This document shows positions 1 to 7,724 of a DNA stretch of 30,844 bases, piece by piece. Location of the stretch: the IMG/VR virus record IMGVR_UViG_3300022930_000025, positions 1-30,844 of that record, one strand, 5' to 3'. Made by a program: the position numbers and the translations under genes. The notes under the pieces were generated by a model. That model saw only the letters and a program-made list of their open reading frames with translations, was not told the origin of the DNA and made no database searches. Position 1 is the stretch's first letter. Each line of letters starts with the position of its first letter. This DNA comes from a virus. Taxonomy: Duplodnaviria > Caudoviricetes.

Positions 1-227
1 TCTTCAGTAAGTCTCAAACATTGTTTTGACTTGCTTTCGTACATGCTTTTGTACTGTCCTTTTGAATGGTTGGCAGAATTGAGCTTTTGTTTTAATCGCT
101 CAATTTCTGCCTTTTGACTTTGGACCAACTCCAATGTTTTGCTAACATCTAAAAATTGGCGTTTGCCTTTTAATTGTGTAACTGCATGATCAATTTCTGC
201 AAGCAGTTGGTTTACGGTCCTATTCAT
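1..227 (-). CDS. Hypothetical coiled-coil protein, truncated at the window edge
   Basis: Not in ORF track; manual translation from ATG at 227 gives MNRTVNQLLAEIDHAVTQLKGKRQFLDVSKTLELVQSQKAEIERLKQKLNS..., open to base 1; begins 21 nt after the upstream stop. Confidence 0.8.
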   Translation of the reverse strand, partial: MNRTVNQLLAEIDHAVTQLKGKRQFLDVSKTLELVQSQKAEIERLKQKLNSANHSKGQYKSMYESKSKQCLRLTE

Positions 228-248
228 TATTAAATGGATTTAATAAGT

Positions 249-758
249 TTATCTTTTTGCGTTACGTTTGGTTTTTAGAGGCGATCTGTTAACGAATTTA
301 GGCCCCTTGTTCTGCAGCTCTTTGATAGCTTGGGCGTACTCTTCATTTTTTTTGTTTGCCTCTTCCAGATCCTTATAAATTGATTGGATGCGAAAATCTT
401 TTGAAGTTATTGTTTCGTTAAGATCAGATATTTTTGTTTTAAGGGTTTCGCATGATTTTTGCAGCTTTGTGATATCCCTTTTTGCTGCTGCCTCGAATGT
501 TTCGCTTGCTTTTTTCTCTTTTTCAAGTTCACCAGCTATACCTATAAATTTAAAGTTCTCTTTTATATAGTTGTCACACTCTTTAGATGCAGCTATAAAT
601 TTATCGGCTAATTTTGCATGACGGTCCGCAATAATAGATTTTTGAACTGTTAAACTCTCTATATCCACCATCTGTGAGATACATTGACTTTTAACAAGTT
701 CTAATTCTTTTCTCAATGCTTCGTAAGCATCGGCTTTTACAATTTTTAGATTGAACAT
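249..758 (-). CDS. Hypothetical coiled-coil protein
   Basis: 169 aa, heptad-rich K/E/L composition, tightly packed in the leftward operon. Confidence 0.8.
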   Translation of the reverse strand: MFNLKIVKADAYEALRKELELVKSQCISQMVDIESLTVQKSIIADRHAKLADKFIAASKECDNYIKENFKFIGIAGELEKEKKASETFEAAAKRDITKLQKSCETLKTKISDLNETITSKDFRIQSIYKDLEEANKKNEEYAQAIKELQNKGPKFVNRSPLKTKRNAKR

Positions 759-768
759 ATATTTATTT

Positions 769-1257
769 TTAAATTATTGTTTGTTTTAACACGTCCCAAA
801 CGTATATTATTTTTCTATTCCACATAAACTTAGATTTAACGAATGTAATTTTATAAGCTTGAATAATACCTCTTTCTGGTGCTATTTGATCAAAAGATAT
901 TATTTTAGGTTCAATCTCTTTTGGAATAAGCATATCGTAATAATTGCCTTTATAATTGTTTGCATCAGGTAAACGTTTTCGTGCAAAAATTATCATTTTG
1001 GCTGTTTCTTTATCTTCAGCAATACGGTGTATTCTGTTAATTCTTTTTGAAAGATAAAGTATTGGTTTAATGCCAGAATCGGCAGACAACTGCATTATAG
1101 CTTTAAAATTAGGGTAAATATCCCCTTTCTCTATTTTAGAGAGCTTATAAGAGTTTAAAAAATAGTTGTAAAGCACTAAAATCTCTTGAAAATCACACCA
1201 ATGATTTTTTTGCCAGTTAAAAACTTCTGATTCGTGTTCTTTTAAAATATCAATCAT
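769..1257 (-). CDS. Hypothetical protein
   Basis: 162-aa ORF whose start overlaps the stop of the upstream gene. Confidence 0.7.
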   Translation of the reverse strand: MIDILKEHESEVFNWQKNHWCDFQEILVLYNYFLNSYKLSKIEKGDIYPNFKAIMQLSADSGIKPILYLSKRINRIHRIAEDKETAKMIIFARKRLPDANNYKGNYYDMLIPKEIEPKIISFDQIAPERGIIQAYKITFVKSKFMWNRKIIYVWDVLKQTII

Positions 1258-1531
1258 TTTTACTTTTTTCTACACGGTTCATGGCCTCCATTATTACAAC
1301 ATATAAATGTGGAAAATCTCTTTTAAAAGCATGGTAATCTCTTTCGGTCCTCTTAACCATAAGAAACATAAAAGCGTCTTTAAGTATATCTTCGTGTGTT
1401 TTTTTCTGCATAGCCTTTTTAATAAAATTAACTCTTTCTTGTACATGTTTCCCAAAAACAGCATTGTTTAACAGGGCCGAATGTTCGGCCCTGTTAAACA
1501 ATTTTTCTATCTCTTCGCCGCTACTACTCAT
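1250..1531 (-). CDS. Hypothetical protein (start probably ATG 1531, MSSSGEE..., rather than 1579)
   Basis: ATG at 1531 overlaps the end of the upstream gene (ATGAGTAG), typical of translational coupling. Confidence 0.7.
   Translation of the reverse strand: MSSSGEEIEKLFNRAEHSALLNNAVFGKHVQERVNFIKKAMQKKTHEDILKDAFMFLMVKRTERDYHAFKRDFPHLYVVIMEAMNRVEKSKND
1463..1502. repeat. Perfect 19-bp inverted repeat with a 2-nt spacer inside a CDS
   Basis: ATTGTTTAACAGGGCCGAA-TG-TTCGGCCCTGTTAAACAAT, checked base by base. Confidence 0.95.
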
Positions 1532-1781
1532 TTGATAAATCTGTATAACCCGATACAAACTCTTTATAATCAGCTTCATTTAATTCTTGAACGCTGGTAA
1601 TAGTTAAATTTGTTACCGGCACACCGTCTCTTTTGTAGCGAAATAACGCCTCTTCTTTAAACCTGGTCTGATTAACATACTCACCTTTAGCGCTCTGGTA
1701 GGTGCCTACAGCGTGAGCGTGGCTTAAAGTGGTTTCACCATCAATAATTACCACGTAATAAACAATAAAAAATCTTTTCAT
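1524..1781 (-). CDS. Hypothetical protein, first gene of the leftward operon
   Basis: 85-aa ORF directly downstream of a consensus promoter; TAAAGCATT precedes the ATG. Confidence 0.75.
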   Translation of the reverse strand: MKRFFIVYYVVIIDGETTLSHAHAVGTYQSAKGEYVNQTRFKEEALFRYKRDGVPVTNLTITSVQELNEADYKEFVSGYTDLSNE

Positions 1782-1806
1782 AATGCTTTATATTTTTTGA
1801 ACTACA

Positions 1807-1837
1807 CAAAGCTAAACACTTATTTGATAAATGCAAA
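1807..1837 (-). promoter_or_regulatory. Bacteroidota primary-sigma promoter, leftward
   Basis: On the minus strand TTTG (1837-1834), 19-nt spacer, TAGCTTTG (1814-1807); matches the -33/-7 consensus. Confidence 0.85.
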
Positions 1838-1880
1838 TAATTTAATCAAAATATTTTATTTAAAATAATTGATATTATAA

Positions 1881-1911
1881 TTTGCATTAATCAATTTTAT
1901 TATTACATTTG
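1881..1911 (+). promoter_or_regulatory. Bacteroidota primary-sigma promoter, rightward (divergent partner)
   Basis: TTTG 1881-1884, 19-nt spacer, TACATTTG 1904-1911. Confidence 0.85.
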
Positions 1912-1946
1912 TATAGTTCAAACGATAATAATTAAATATTAAAGCA

Positions 1947-2357
1947 ATGAAATTAGAAATGACAGTTAAAGAGTTGAGTTTAGAAGAGGTTTTAAACCAC
2001 TCGAAAAAAGAATATAACTCATACGAATGGGTTAGAACAGTTAAAGGCTACCTTAAATATGGTGATGTTAAATTTTACGAGAGAGTTAACGGCCCTCATT
2101 CTTATGATGAAATATTTGTAGTTTATACCCTAGATGAAGGCCTTAGATTAATGAATAGTGTAAGTTATAGCTCTTGTTTAAGTAACGCCGGCTTTGTAAA
2201 GGTTTATTTTGGTCCAAAGGGTGAAGTAATGTCTTCAATGTTTGAAATAATGACCGAAAAAAAGCCTTTTAGGGCCGCTAAAACAAATCAGAACAGAAAA
2301 GCCCTTGTAAAGCTTTCAAATGATGTGGGCGGCCTTATTTATAGTGATTTATTTTAA
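1947..2357 (+). CDS. Hypothetical protein
   Basis: 136-aa ORF, first gene after the promoter, TAAAGCA directly before the ATG. Confidence 0.8.
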   Translation: MKLEMTVKELSLEEVLNHSKKEYNSYEWVRTVKGYLKYGDVKFYERVNGPHSYDEIFVVYTLDEGLRLMNSVSYSSCLSNAGFVKVYFGPKGEVMSSMFEIMTEKKPFRAAKTNQNRKALVKLSNDVGGLIYSDLF

Positions 2358-2364
2358 TTAACCC

Positions 2365-2387
2365 AGCCCCGGCCAATAACCGGGGCT
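2365..2387 (+). terminator. GC-rich stem-loop (weak terminator or RNA stability element)
   Basis: AGCCCCGG-CCAATAA-CCGGGGCT just after a stop codon; no immediate U-tract. Confidence 0.5.
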
Positions 2388-2404
2388 TAAATATATTTTA
2401 AAAA

Positions 2405-2758
2405 ATGCAAAAAGAAACATATATCGCAATTATTGAACGACACCAAAATCGTATTAATCGGGCAAAAAAAGCAATTGAAAAATTAACAAAGGTTTATATT
2501 GAAGCTAATACCACATTCGGTAAAGGTGATAAGATAGTTATTACCACACCAAAACATAAAGCCTGGCAGATATTTAGAGGTAAAGATGATCAGGTTTTTT
2601 ATATAGAAGAGAGTAAAAGGTTTGCTTTTATTGATTCTGCTGAATTGAGTTACAACAATGAAGTAAGATATATAATTTATAAATGCAAAAAAGACGGCAC
2701 ACAAAGCCAACAAAAAGACTATTATTCTGATAGTGATATTTTAACCTTAGCTGATTAA
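2405..2758 (+). CDS. Hypothetical phage protein
   Basis: 117 aa; N-terminal helix, beta-rich C-terminal half with a KKDGTQS motif; A-rich start context. Confidence 0.8.
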   Translation: MQKETYIAIIERHQNRINRAKKAIEKLTKVYIEANTTFGKGDKIVITTPKHKAWQIFRGKDDQVFYIEESKRFAFIDSAELSYNNEVRYIIYKCKKDGTQSQQKDYYSDSDILTLAD

Positions 2759-2760
2759 CC

Positions 2761-2970
2761 ATGCAAAAATTAAAAGTAACCTTAGTCATAATTGCTTTTT
2801 GGCAATTATTTGTTATCATTTTATCTATTTTACCGACCGCGTACGGCGAAGATTTTTTTTATTCTTATAAGATAACTTTAATATTTGTTACCCTTGGTGC
2901 AGTTCTTATAGGTGGTTTACTTTGGTGTTTTAGATATATAGTTAGGTATTTTGATGCAAGAAAACCATAA
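2761..2970 (+). CDS. Small two-TM membrane protein
   Basis: Two hydrophobic segments (VTLVIIAFWQLFVIILSIL; ITLIFVTLGAVLIGGLLWCF) and a basic C-terminal tail. Confidence 0.7.
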   Translation: MQKLKVTLVIIAFWQLFVIILSILPTAYGEDFFYSYKITLIFVTLGAVLIGGLLWCFRYIVRYFDARKP

Positions 2971-3229
2971 ACATTTAGAATGGTCAAAAGGTGGTTTAAA
3001 ACTATTGGACACCATTAATAAATACATTGAAGATAACGGCGGTAAAGATGCTTTATTAGATGTTTTATTGGTTGAAAATGGTTTTAAATCAAAAGAACTT
3101 ATACAGATTAAAAATCTGGTATATGATAACGTAAGTGATAGAATCGGGGCAAATATTACAGGGTTTAGCCTTGCGACTTATCAAAGAAAAAAATATTTTT
3201 ATAGAGAGCTACAACATGCGAGAACATAA
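2954..3229 (+). CDS. Hypothetical protein
   Basis: ORF overlapping both neighbours; ATG at 2954 preferred over TTG at 2951. Confidence 0.65.
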   Translation: MQENHKHLEWSKGGLKLLDTINKYIEDNGGKDALLDVLLVENGFKSKELIQIKNLVYDNVSDRIGANITGFSLATYQRKKYFYRELQHART

Positions 3230-3821
3230 AAACTTAGCTATATCAATGCTAGGTGCAGGTAAAAAATCAGATAGAAGAGAATTAGATTTTTATCCAACAC
3301 CACCAGACTGCACACATTCATTTATGGCTTTTATGAGAGAGCAGGGTTATTTTTTAAATCCAATTACAATACTAGAGCCTTGCGCCGGCGATGGTGCAAT
3401 GAGTAAGGTTTTAGAAAGTTGTGGCCATAACGTTACGAGTACTGATCTTAGAACAGAGGATATATATGGTAAGGGTGGTGTAGATTTTCTGCAAATGGCA
3501 CCTGATTTTTTTAATCAGTACGGAGCTGTAATAACAAATCCACCTTTTAATATTTCAGAAAAGATCATAAAACATGCCTTTCGTTTTGCTCCAATTGTTG
3601 CAATGGTTCTAAAATCACAGTATTGGCATGCAAAATCAAGATATCATTTTTTTATGAAAAATCCACCTGCTTATGTTCTGCCATTAACTTTTAGACCGGA
3701 CTTCTTTGTTAACGGTAAAAGCGGAACAATGGAATTTATTTGGACCGTTTGGATTGATGGTGTAAGCCAAACCAGGTATATACCTATTAAGAAAACTAAA
3801 ACAAACATGGTTTTATTTTAA
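3216..3821 (+). CDS. Orphan amino-DNA methyltransferase (probably N6-adenine)
   Basis: DFYPTP (motif X), ILEPCAGDG (SAM-binding motif I), VDFL, ITNPPF (catalytic motif IV); ATG 3216 preferred over GTG 3135; no cognate endonuclease nearby. Confidence 0.88.
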   Translation: MREHKNLAISMLGAGKKSDRRELDFYPTPPDCTHSFMAFMREQGYFLNPITILEPCAGDGAMSKVLESCGHNVTSTDLRTEDIYGKGGVDFLQMAPDFFNQYGAVITNPPFNISEKIIKHAFRFAPIVAMVLKSQYWHAKSRYHFFMKNPPAYVLPLTFRPDFFVNGKSGTMEFIWTVWIDGVSQTRYIPIKKTKTNMVLF

Positions 3822-4100
3822 TTTTGCTATAAGCAAAACATCAAGCAAAACCTAAGCAAAAAATCAAAATTTTCAAATTTTGCTTAAGTTTTGCTTAATC
3901 GTATTTTTTGATTTTGCTTAATATTTATGTGATTTAATAAAAAAAGCCGCAATCCTCTTTTTTTTGCTCTAAAATTGAATATGCCTTTAATTAACTTTAA
4001 AGGCATTTTTTGTTTTTTTGCTTATAGCAAAACCTTAAGCAAAACTTAAGCAAAAGTCCAAGCAAAACGCAAGCAAACTCTGAATATGAATATGAATATT
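3822..4100. repeat. Iteron array (AGCAAAA/TTTTGCT) with TGAATA x3; candidate replication origin
   Basis: AGCAAAA at 3832, 3844, 3855, 4026, 4038, 4049, 4061 and AGCAAAC at 4072 (11-12-bp period); TTTTGCT at 3822, 3878, 3889, 3912, 3962, 4016; TGAATA x3 at 4081-4098. The repeats are certain; the origin function is inferred. Confidence 0.8.
3981..4011 (+). terminator. Probable intrinsic terminator inside the iteron region
   Basis: ATGCCTTTAA-TTAACT-TTAAAGGCAT followed by a T-run. Confidence 0.65.
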
Positions 4101-4157
4101 ATATGCTACTATACAATTAATAAAAAGGTATAGATTTTTTTTCAAAAAATAATTTTA

Positions 4158-4186
4158 TTTGCATCAACAAAAAATTATTATGTTAG
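4158..4186 (+). promoter_or_regulatory. Possible non-consensus promoter of the structural operon
   Basis: TTTG 4158-4161, 17-nt spacer, TATGTTAG 4179-4186 (one mismatch to TAnnTTTG), 25 nt before the scaffold ATG. Confidence 0.4.
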
Positions 4187-4211
4187 CGGAATTAGATAAC
4201 ATAAATTTTTT

Positions 4212-4853
4212 ATGAGAGAAAAGATAATCGCAGAACTATTGAAGATTTTCGTAGGGCTGTCAAACAAACAAGCAGAGGGTATCGCCGATAAACTCTTGCC
4301 AAAGATTACCGAAGAGGCTCAAATAGAGGGCGCAGTTAGCGAACTCAAAAACGGATTAATCAGTCCATTGGATTTAGTAACAGAAGGTGACCGTAGAGCT
4401 ACCGATGCAGTTAACAAATACAAAACTGAAAACCCAAACCCTAATACACCACCTAACCCAACTAATCCAACAATTCCAATTGTACCAGCAGGAGAAACAC
4501 CAGCTGAAAAAAAATTGAGAGAGTTGGAGGAGAAATTCGCGGCATTGGAAAAAAAGGACCAAGAAACATCTTTAAGAAATCAACTTTTAGCTAAAATGAA
4601 GGATAAAAAAATTCCTGAAAGATTTGCGAAGGGGGTTACCTTGGATGAAACAACCGATTTGGATGCGTTGACAACAACATTAGAAGCAGAATTTAAAACG
4701 TTTAGACAGGAAATCATTACTGAAGGCCTTAAAAACAATGAATTTGTGCCGGGAAATGGGGGACAGTCTACAGATTCTACAGCGGTTTCCGCTGACATTA
4801 CTGCTTGGGCTAAGGCAAATGAGCCTACACCACCAGCAGCAGCAGCAAAATAA
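4212..4853 (+). CDS. Capsid scaffolding protein
   Basis: Position before decoration/capsid genes; EGDRRATDAV motif, Pro/Asn-rich linker, coiled coil. Confidence 0.8.
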   Translation: MREKIIAELLKIFVGLSNKQAEGIADKLLPKITEEAQIEGAVSELKNGLISPLDLVTEGDRRATDAVNKYKTENPNPNTPPNPTNPTIPIVPAGETPAEKKLRELEEKFAALEKKDQETSLRNQLLAKMKDKKIPERFAKGVTLDETTDLDALTTTLEAEFKTFRQEIITEGLKNNEFVPGNGGQSTDSTAVSADITAWAKANEPTPPAAAAK

Positions 4854-4884
4854 TTAATTAAATTTTTTAACAAATTATTTTCTC

Positions 4885-5478
4885 ATGAAAATTACTAGAA
4901 CTCAACCAACGGATGAAATTCCAGTTTGGAGGCCGGTTGTAGAAACATTGCCAGGAGGCTTAAAACTTGATATTACAGGTTTGGCTATTGGTAGTGTTTT
5001 ACCAGCAGCATCTATTATCAGCTATGATGAAATTACCCGTGTTGGAAAAGTTGTTAAATCCACAAACGCTACAGCAATTGTAAACGCAGGTGTTTTAACC
5101 ATTCCAGTAAAAAAAGGTCATACCTTTAAAGTTGGTGATATCATAGCAAAAATTGTAGGTGGTAAAGCTTCGGCAATTACCGCTATCGATACCTCAAATG
5201 CTTTAATCGACACCATTACAATTGGTGCTGCATTAGAAGCTTTAGCAGCAGGTGACTCGCTTTTTCAAGCGGCAGCAGCCTCTACCACAACAACTTCGGC
5301 ATACATCTATCCTTTGGTAAAGGGTAAATGTGGTTTGTCTTTCAGAAGTGTTTTAGTTGAAGATATCAATACGATTGATGTTGTTTTAAAAGGCTCTGTT
5401 TACGCTAGACGTATTCCATCGGTTGCACAAGCAATTCAAGACCTAATGCCAGGTACAATTTTCCTTAATTCAAAATAA
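4885..5478 (+). CDS. Head decoration/auxiliary capsid protein
   Basis: Lies between scaffold and major capsid; Ala/Thr/Gly-rich beta protein with LPGG, KKGHTFKVGD and GSVYARRIP motifs. Confidence 0.75.
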   Translation: MKITRTQPTDEIPVWRPVVETLPGGLKLDITGLAIGSVLPAASIISYDEITRVGKVVKSTNATAIVNAGVLTIPVKKGHTFKVGDIIAKIVGGKASAITAIDTSNALIDTITIGAALEALAAGDSLFQAAAASTTTTSAYIYPLVKGKCGLSFRSVLVEDINTIDVVLKGSVYARRIPSVAQAIQDLMPGTIFLNSK

Positions 5479-5484
5479 GCTTAG

Positions 5485-6582
5485 ATGAACTTTTTAAAAT
5501 CACAATTTGGCCTATATGCAGAAGCTGCAAATATGCAAGCGATTATTGATCAGTCTAACGCCCGTTTTAACATCCCTTTTTGGGGCCGATTTTTCCGTGC
5601 CGGCGTTCCTTCGCAATCACTAACCTATGTTACAGCTATCGGTAAAAGCCGTTTAGATGCAGCAGCTACGTTGGTTTCCCGTGATGGTGCAACCCCGTTA
5701 CGTTCGAGAAGTACAATTGCCAAACTTTATGGTGATGTACCGGCAATTAAGGTAATGAAAAAATTGGGTGAAGATGATTATAGATCATTCTTAACATTCC
5801 AAGCTCTTCAAATTGGAGACGCCCAAAAGAAACAACAATTGCTAAATTTGATGTTTGGCGATATTGCTTCAGTAGTTAACTCTGTAAACCGTAGAATTGA
5901 CTACATGGTTTTAGAGGGTATTTCTACAGGTAAAATTACTGTAACGGCAACAAACAACCCTGATGGTATCGTGCAGGATGATGTGGATTTGTTAATGCCA
6001 GCAGAAAATTATTTAACAGTTGCAAAAGTTTGGAGCGATCCAACTTCTACACCTATTACGGATATCCGTAATGCTGTTAAAAAAATCAAAACATTGAATA
6101 AAACAGGTATTACTACCATGTTGATTGATGATGTTACTTATCTACAGGTAGAGGCAAATGCAGAGGTTGCCAGCTTAATGAAAGGTTACTATAACCCAGG
6201 TAGCAACGCTAAATACGTTGTAACATTGGAAAGTATCAACATTTTCATGAGAGCTAACAGGTTGCCTGTATTCGAGATTATCGATGAGGTTGTGCCTATT
6301 GAGGTTGATGGTGTAAACACTAACACGCGCCCATTCAAGAAAGAAAACGTTGTTTTCATTCCAGATGGAATGTTAGGTGAGATCAAAAACTCATTGGCAA
6401 TTGAAGAGTTGCAACCGGTAACGCAGGTTAACTATTCAAAACAAGGAAATGTTTTGGTTTCTAAATGGTTTTCTAACGAGCCTTTCGGTGAGTTTACTAA
6501 AGCAGAATGGAACGCATTCCCTTCGTTCGATCAAATCGATACAATGTTTATCATGCAAACTGATGTTGCAACCGTAGTTTAA
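5485..6582 (+). CDS. Major capsid protein (lambda gpE-like HK97 fold)
   Basis: 365 aa; GDVPAIK, RIDYMVLEGISTGKI, WSDP..PITDI and terminal AFPS motifs of capsid-E-type proteins; synteny. Confidence 0.9.
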   Translation: MNFLKSQFGLYAEAANMQAIIDQSNARFNIPFWGRFFRAGVPSQSLTYVTAIGKSRLDAAATLVSRDGATPLRSRSTIAKLYGDVPAIKVMKKLGEDDYRSFLTFQALQIGDAQKKQQLLNLMFGDIASVVNSVNRRIDYMVLEGISTGKITVTATNNPDGIVQDDVDLLMPAENYLTVAKVWSDPTSTPITDIRNAVKKIKTLNKTGITTMLIDDVTYLQVEANAEVASLMKGYYNPGSNAKYVVTLESINIFMRANRLPVFEIIDEVVPIEVDGVNTNTRPFKKENVVFIPDGMLGEIKNSLAIEELQPVTQVNYSKQGNVLVSKWFSNEPFGEFTKAEWNAFPSFDQIDTMFIMQTDVATVV

Positions 6583-6616
6583 GGTTGTGACATTATTTTG
6601 TTGTTAAAATAGAAAA

Positions 6617-6946
6617 ATGAAAAACTCGCAAGCGATCAAATCTGCAATGCAAATTTCTATCGGTGTTTCAGATACCGATTTGAAAAAGTACGGAATAGAT
6701 TACGGATTGGATATAAACCTTGAATATTCAAGGATTTACCATGACAAGGTTAACGCCGTTGCTGCAGCTGTACTTTCAGCAGCTTTGTTATTTACTAGTT
6801 TGAGCGAAGGCGGTTTTTCAATTTCCATTAACAATGAAGAGGTTAAGGCACGTTTAAGGTATTTGGCAGCTAATTGCGGCGGTCTTTTTGTTTTACCGGC
6901 AGAATTTGGCGAAAAAAGACGTGTTAGAGCGCGTAGGGTATGGTAA
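6617..6946 (+). CDS. Head-tail adaptor (DUF6706-like)
   Basis: Directly after the capsid gene; SLSEGGFSIS motif, terminal W. Confidence 0.7.
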   Translation: MKNSQAIKSAMQISIGVSDTDLKKYGIDYGLDINLEYSRIYHDKVNAVAAAVLSAALLFTSLSEGGFSISINNEEVKARLRYLAANCGGLFVLPAEFGEKRRVRARRVW

Positions 6947-7278
6947 CAGATGATCTACATATCATAAAAGCCACTTCCGAAAACGTTCAAACAGAGCCTT
7001 ATCAGGACGAAAACGGCGATTGGGTTTTACCGGTGCCAGGGCAGAAATGCCAGATTGAGCAGCAGGGAAGGGCAGAGGTAAACAACGGTCCAACAAAAGT
7101 TACAGGTGTTGACGGAATAAAAGTTGATTTTGCCTATATGATTTATCTACCTATCGATTCCTATGAGTTCTATTATCAACAGGAAGTCGAAATTTTTAAC
7201 CTTGAAGGAAAAAAAATTGGCGGTGGTACCGTTAAGAACTTTCATAAGGGTTTGATAGGTTGTAAATTATGGGTTTAA
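6940..7278 (+). CDS. Head closure/stopper protein
   Basis: Synteny; YQDENGDWV and terminal KLWV motifs; overlaps both neighbours. Confidence 0.65.
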   Translation: MVTDDLHIIKATSENVQTEPYQDENGDWVLPVPGQKCQIEQQGRAEVNNGPTKVTGVDGIKVDFAYMIYLPIDSYEFYYQQEVEIFNLEGKKIGGGTVKNFHKGLIGCKLWV

Positions 7279-7724
7279 AACCTTTATTCAGCAAAAATGA
7301 TATTAGAAAATATCTAAAGGCATCAACAGAACTGATAAACGAAGCAATAATATTGCGTTTATCATACATTGGTGAGCAGTTTATTATCAATGCCAGAAAC
7401 AATGCAACTTTTATGGACCAGTCGGGAAACCTTCGCGGTTCTATAGGTTTTGCAGTTCTTAAAGATGGTAAAAGAGTTCTTGTTTCTGATTTTTCAGCTG
7501 TTAAAGCCGGTAAAGATGGACCAAAAACAGGAAAAGCGCTAATAAGACAGTTAACAGCAGAATTTAATACAGGTTTTGCTTTGATCGTTGTTGCAGGTAT
7601 GGATTATGCAGCTTATGTTGAAGCAATGAATAAAGATGTTTTGACCGCAAGCAGTATAATCGCTAAAAATGAATTAAAAAAGGCAATGGTTACCATTGCA
7701 GAAAAAGTAGCTGGTAGAAGATGA
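7269..7724 (+). CDS. Neck/tail completion protein (HK97 gp10-like)
   Basis: DQSGNLRGSI and VAGMDYAAYVE motifs. Confidence 0.8.
   Translation: MGLKPLFSKNDIRKYLKASTELINEAIILRLSYIGEQFIINARNNATFMDQSGNLRGSIGFAVLKDGKRVLVSDFSAVKAGKDGPKTGKALIRQLTAEFNTGFALIVVAGMDYAAYVEAMNKDVLTASSIIAKNELKKAMVTIAEKVAGRR

Noticed and set aside
1691-1719. Short interrupted hairpin GTAGG-TG-CCTAC with CGCTC/GAGCG flanks
   Set aside because: Only a 5-bp core inside a CDS; compatible with chance
3822-4100. CRISPR array or ncRNA interpretation of the repeats
   Set aside because: Units are 7-12 bp in both orientations with no unique 30-40-bp spacers and no cas genes; this fits protein-binding iterons
4028-4120. Functional small ORF QNLKQNLSKSPSKTQANSEYEYEYYMLLYN
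   Set aside because: In-frame TAG at 4025-4027 and no start codon before the repeat segment; treated as a non-coding relic
4428-4485. Pro/Asn repeat (NPNPNTPPNPTNPTIP) in the scaffold gene
   Set aside because: Ordinary low-complexity linker of scaffolding proteins
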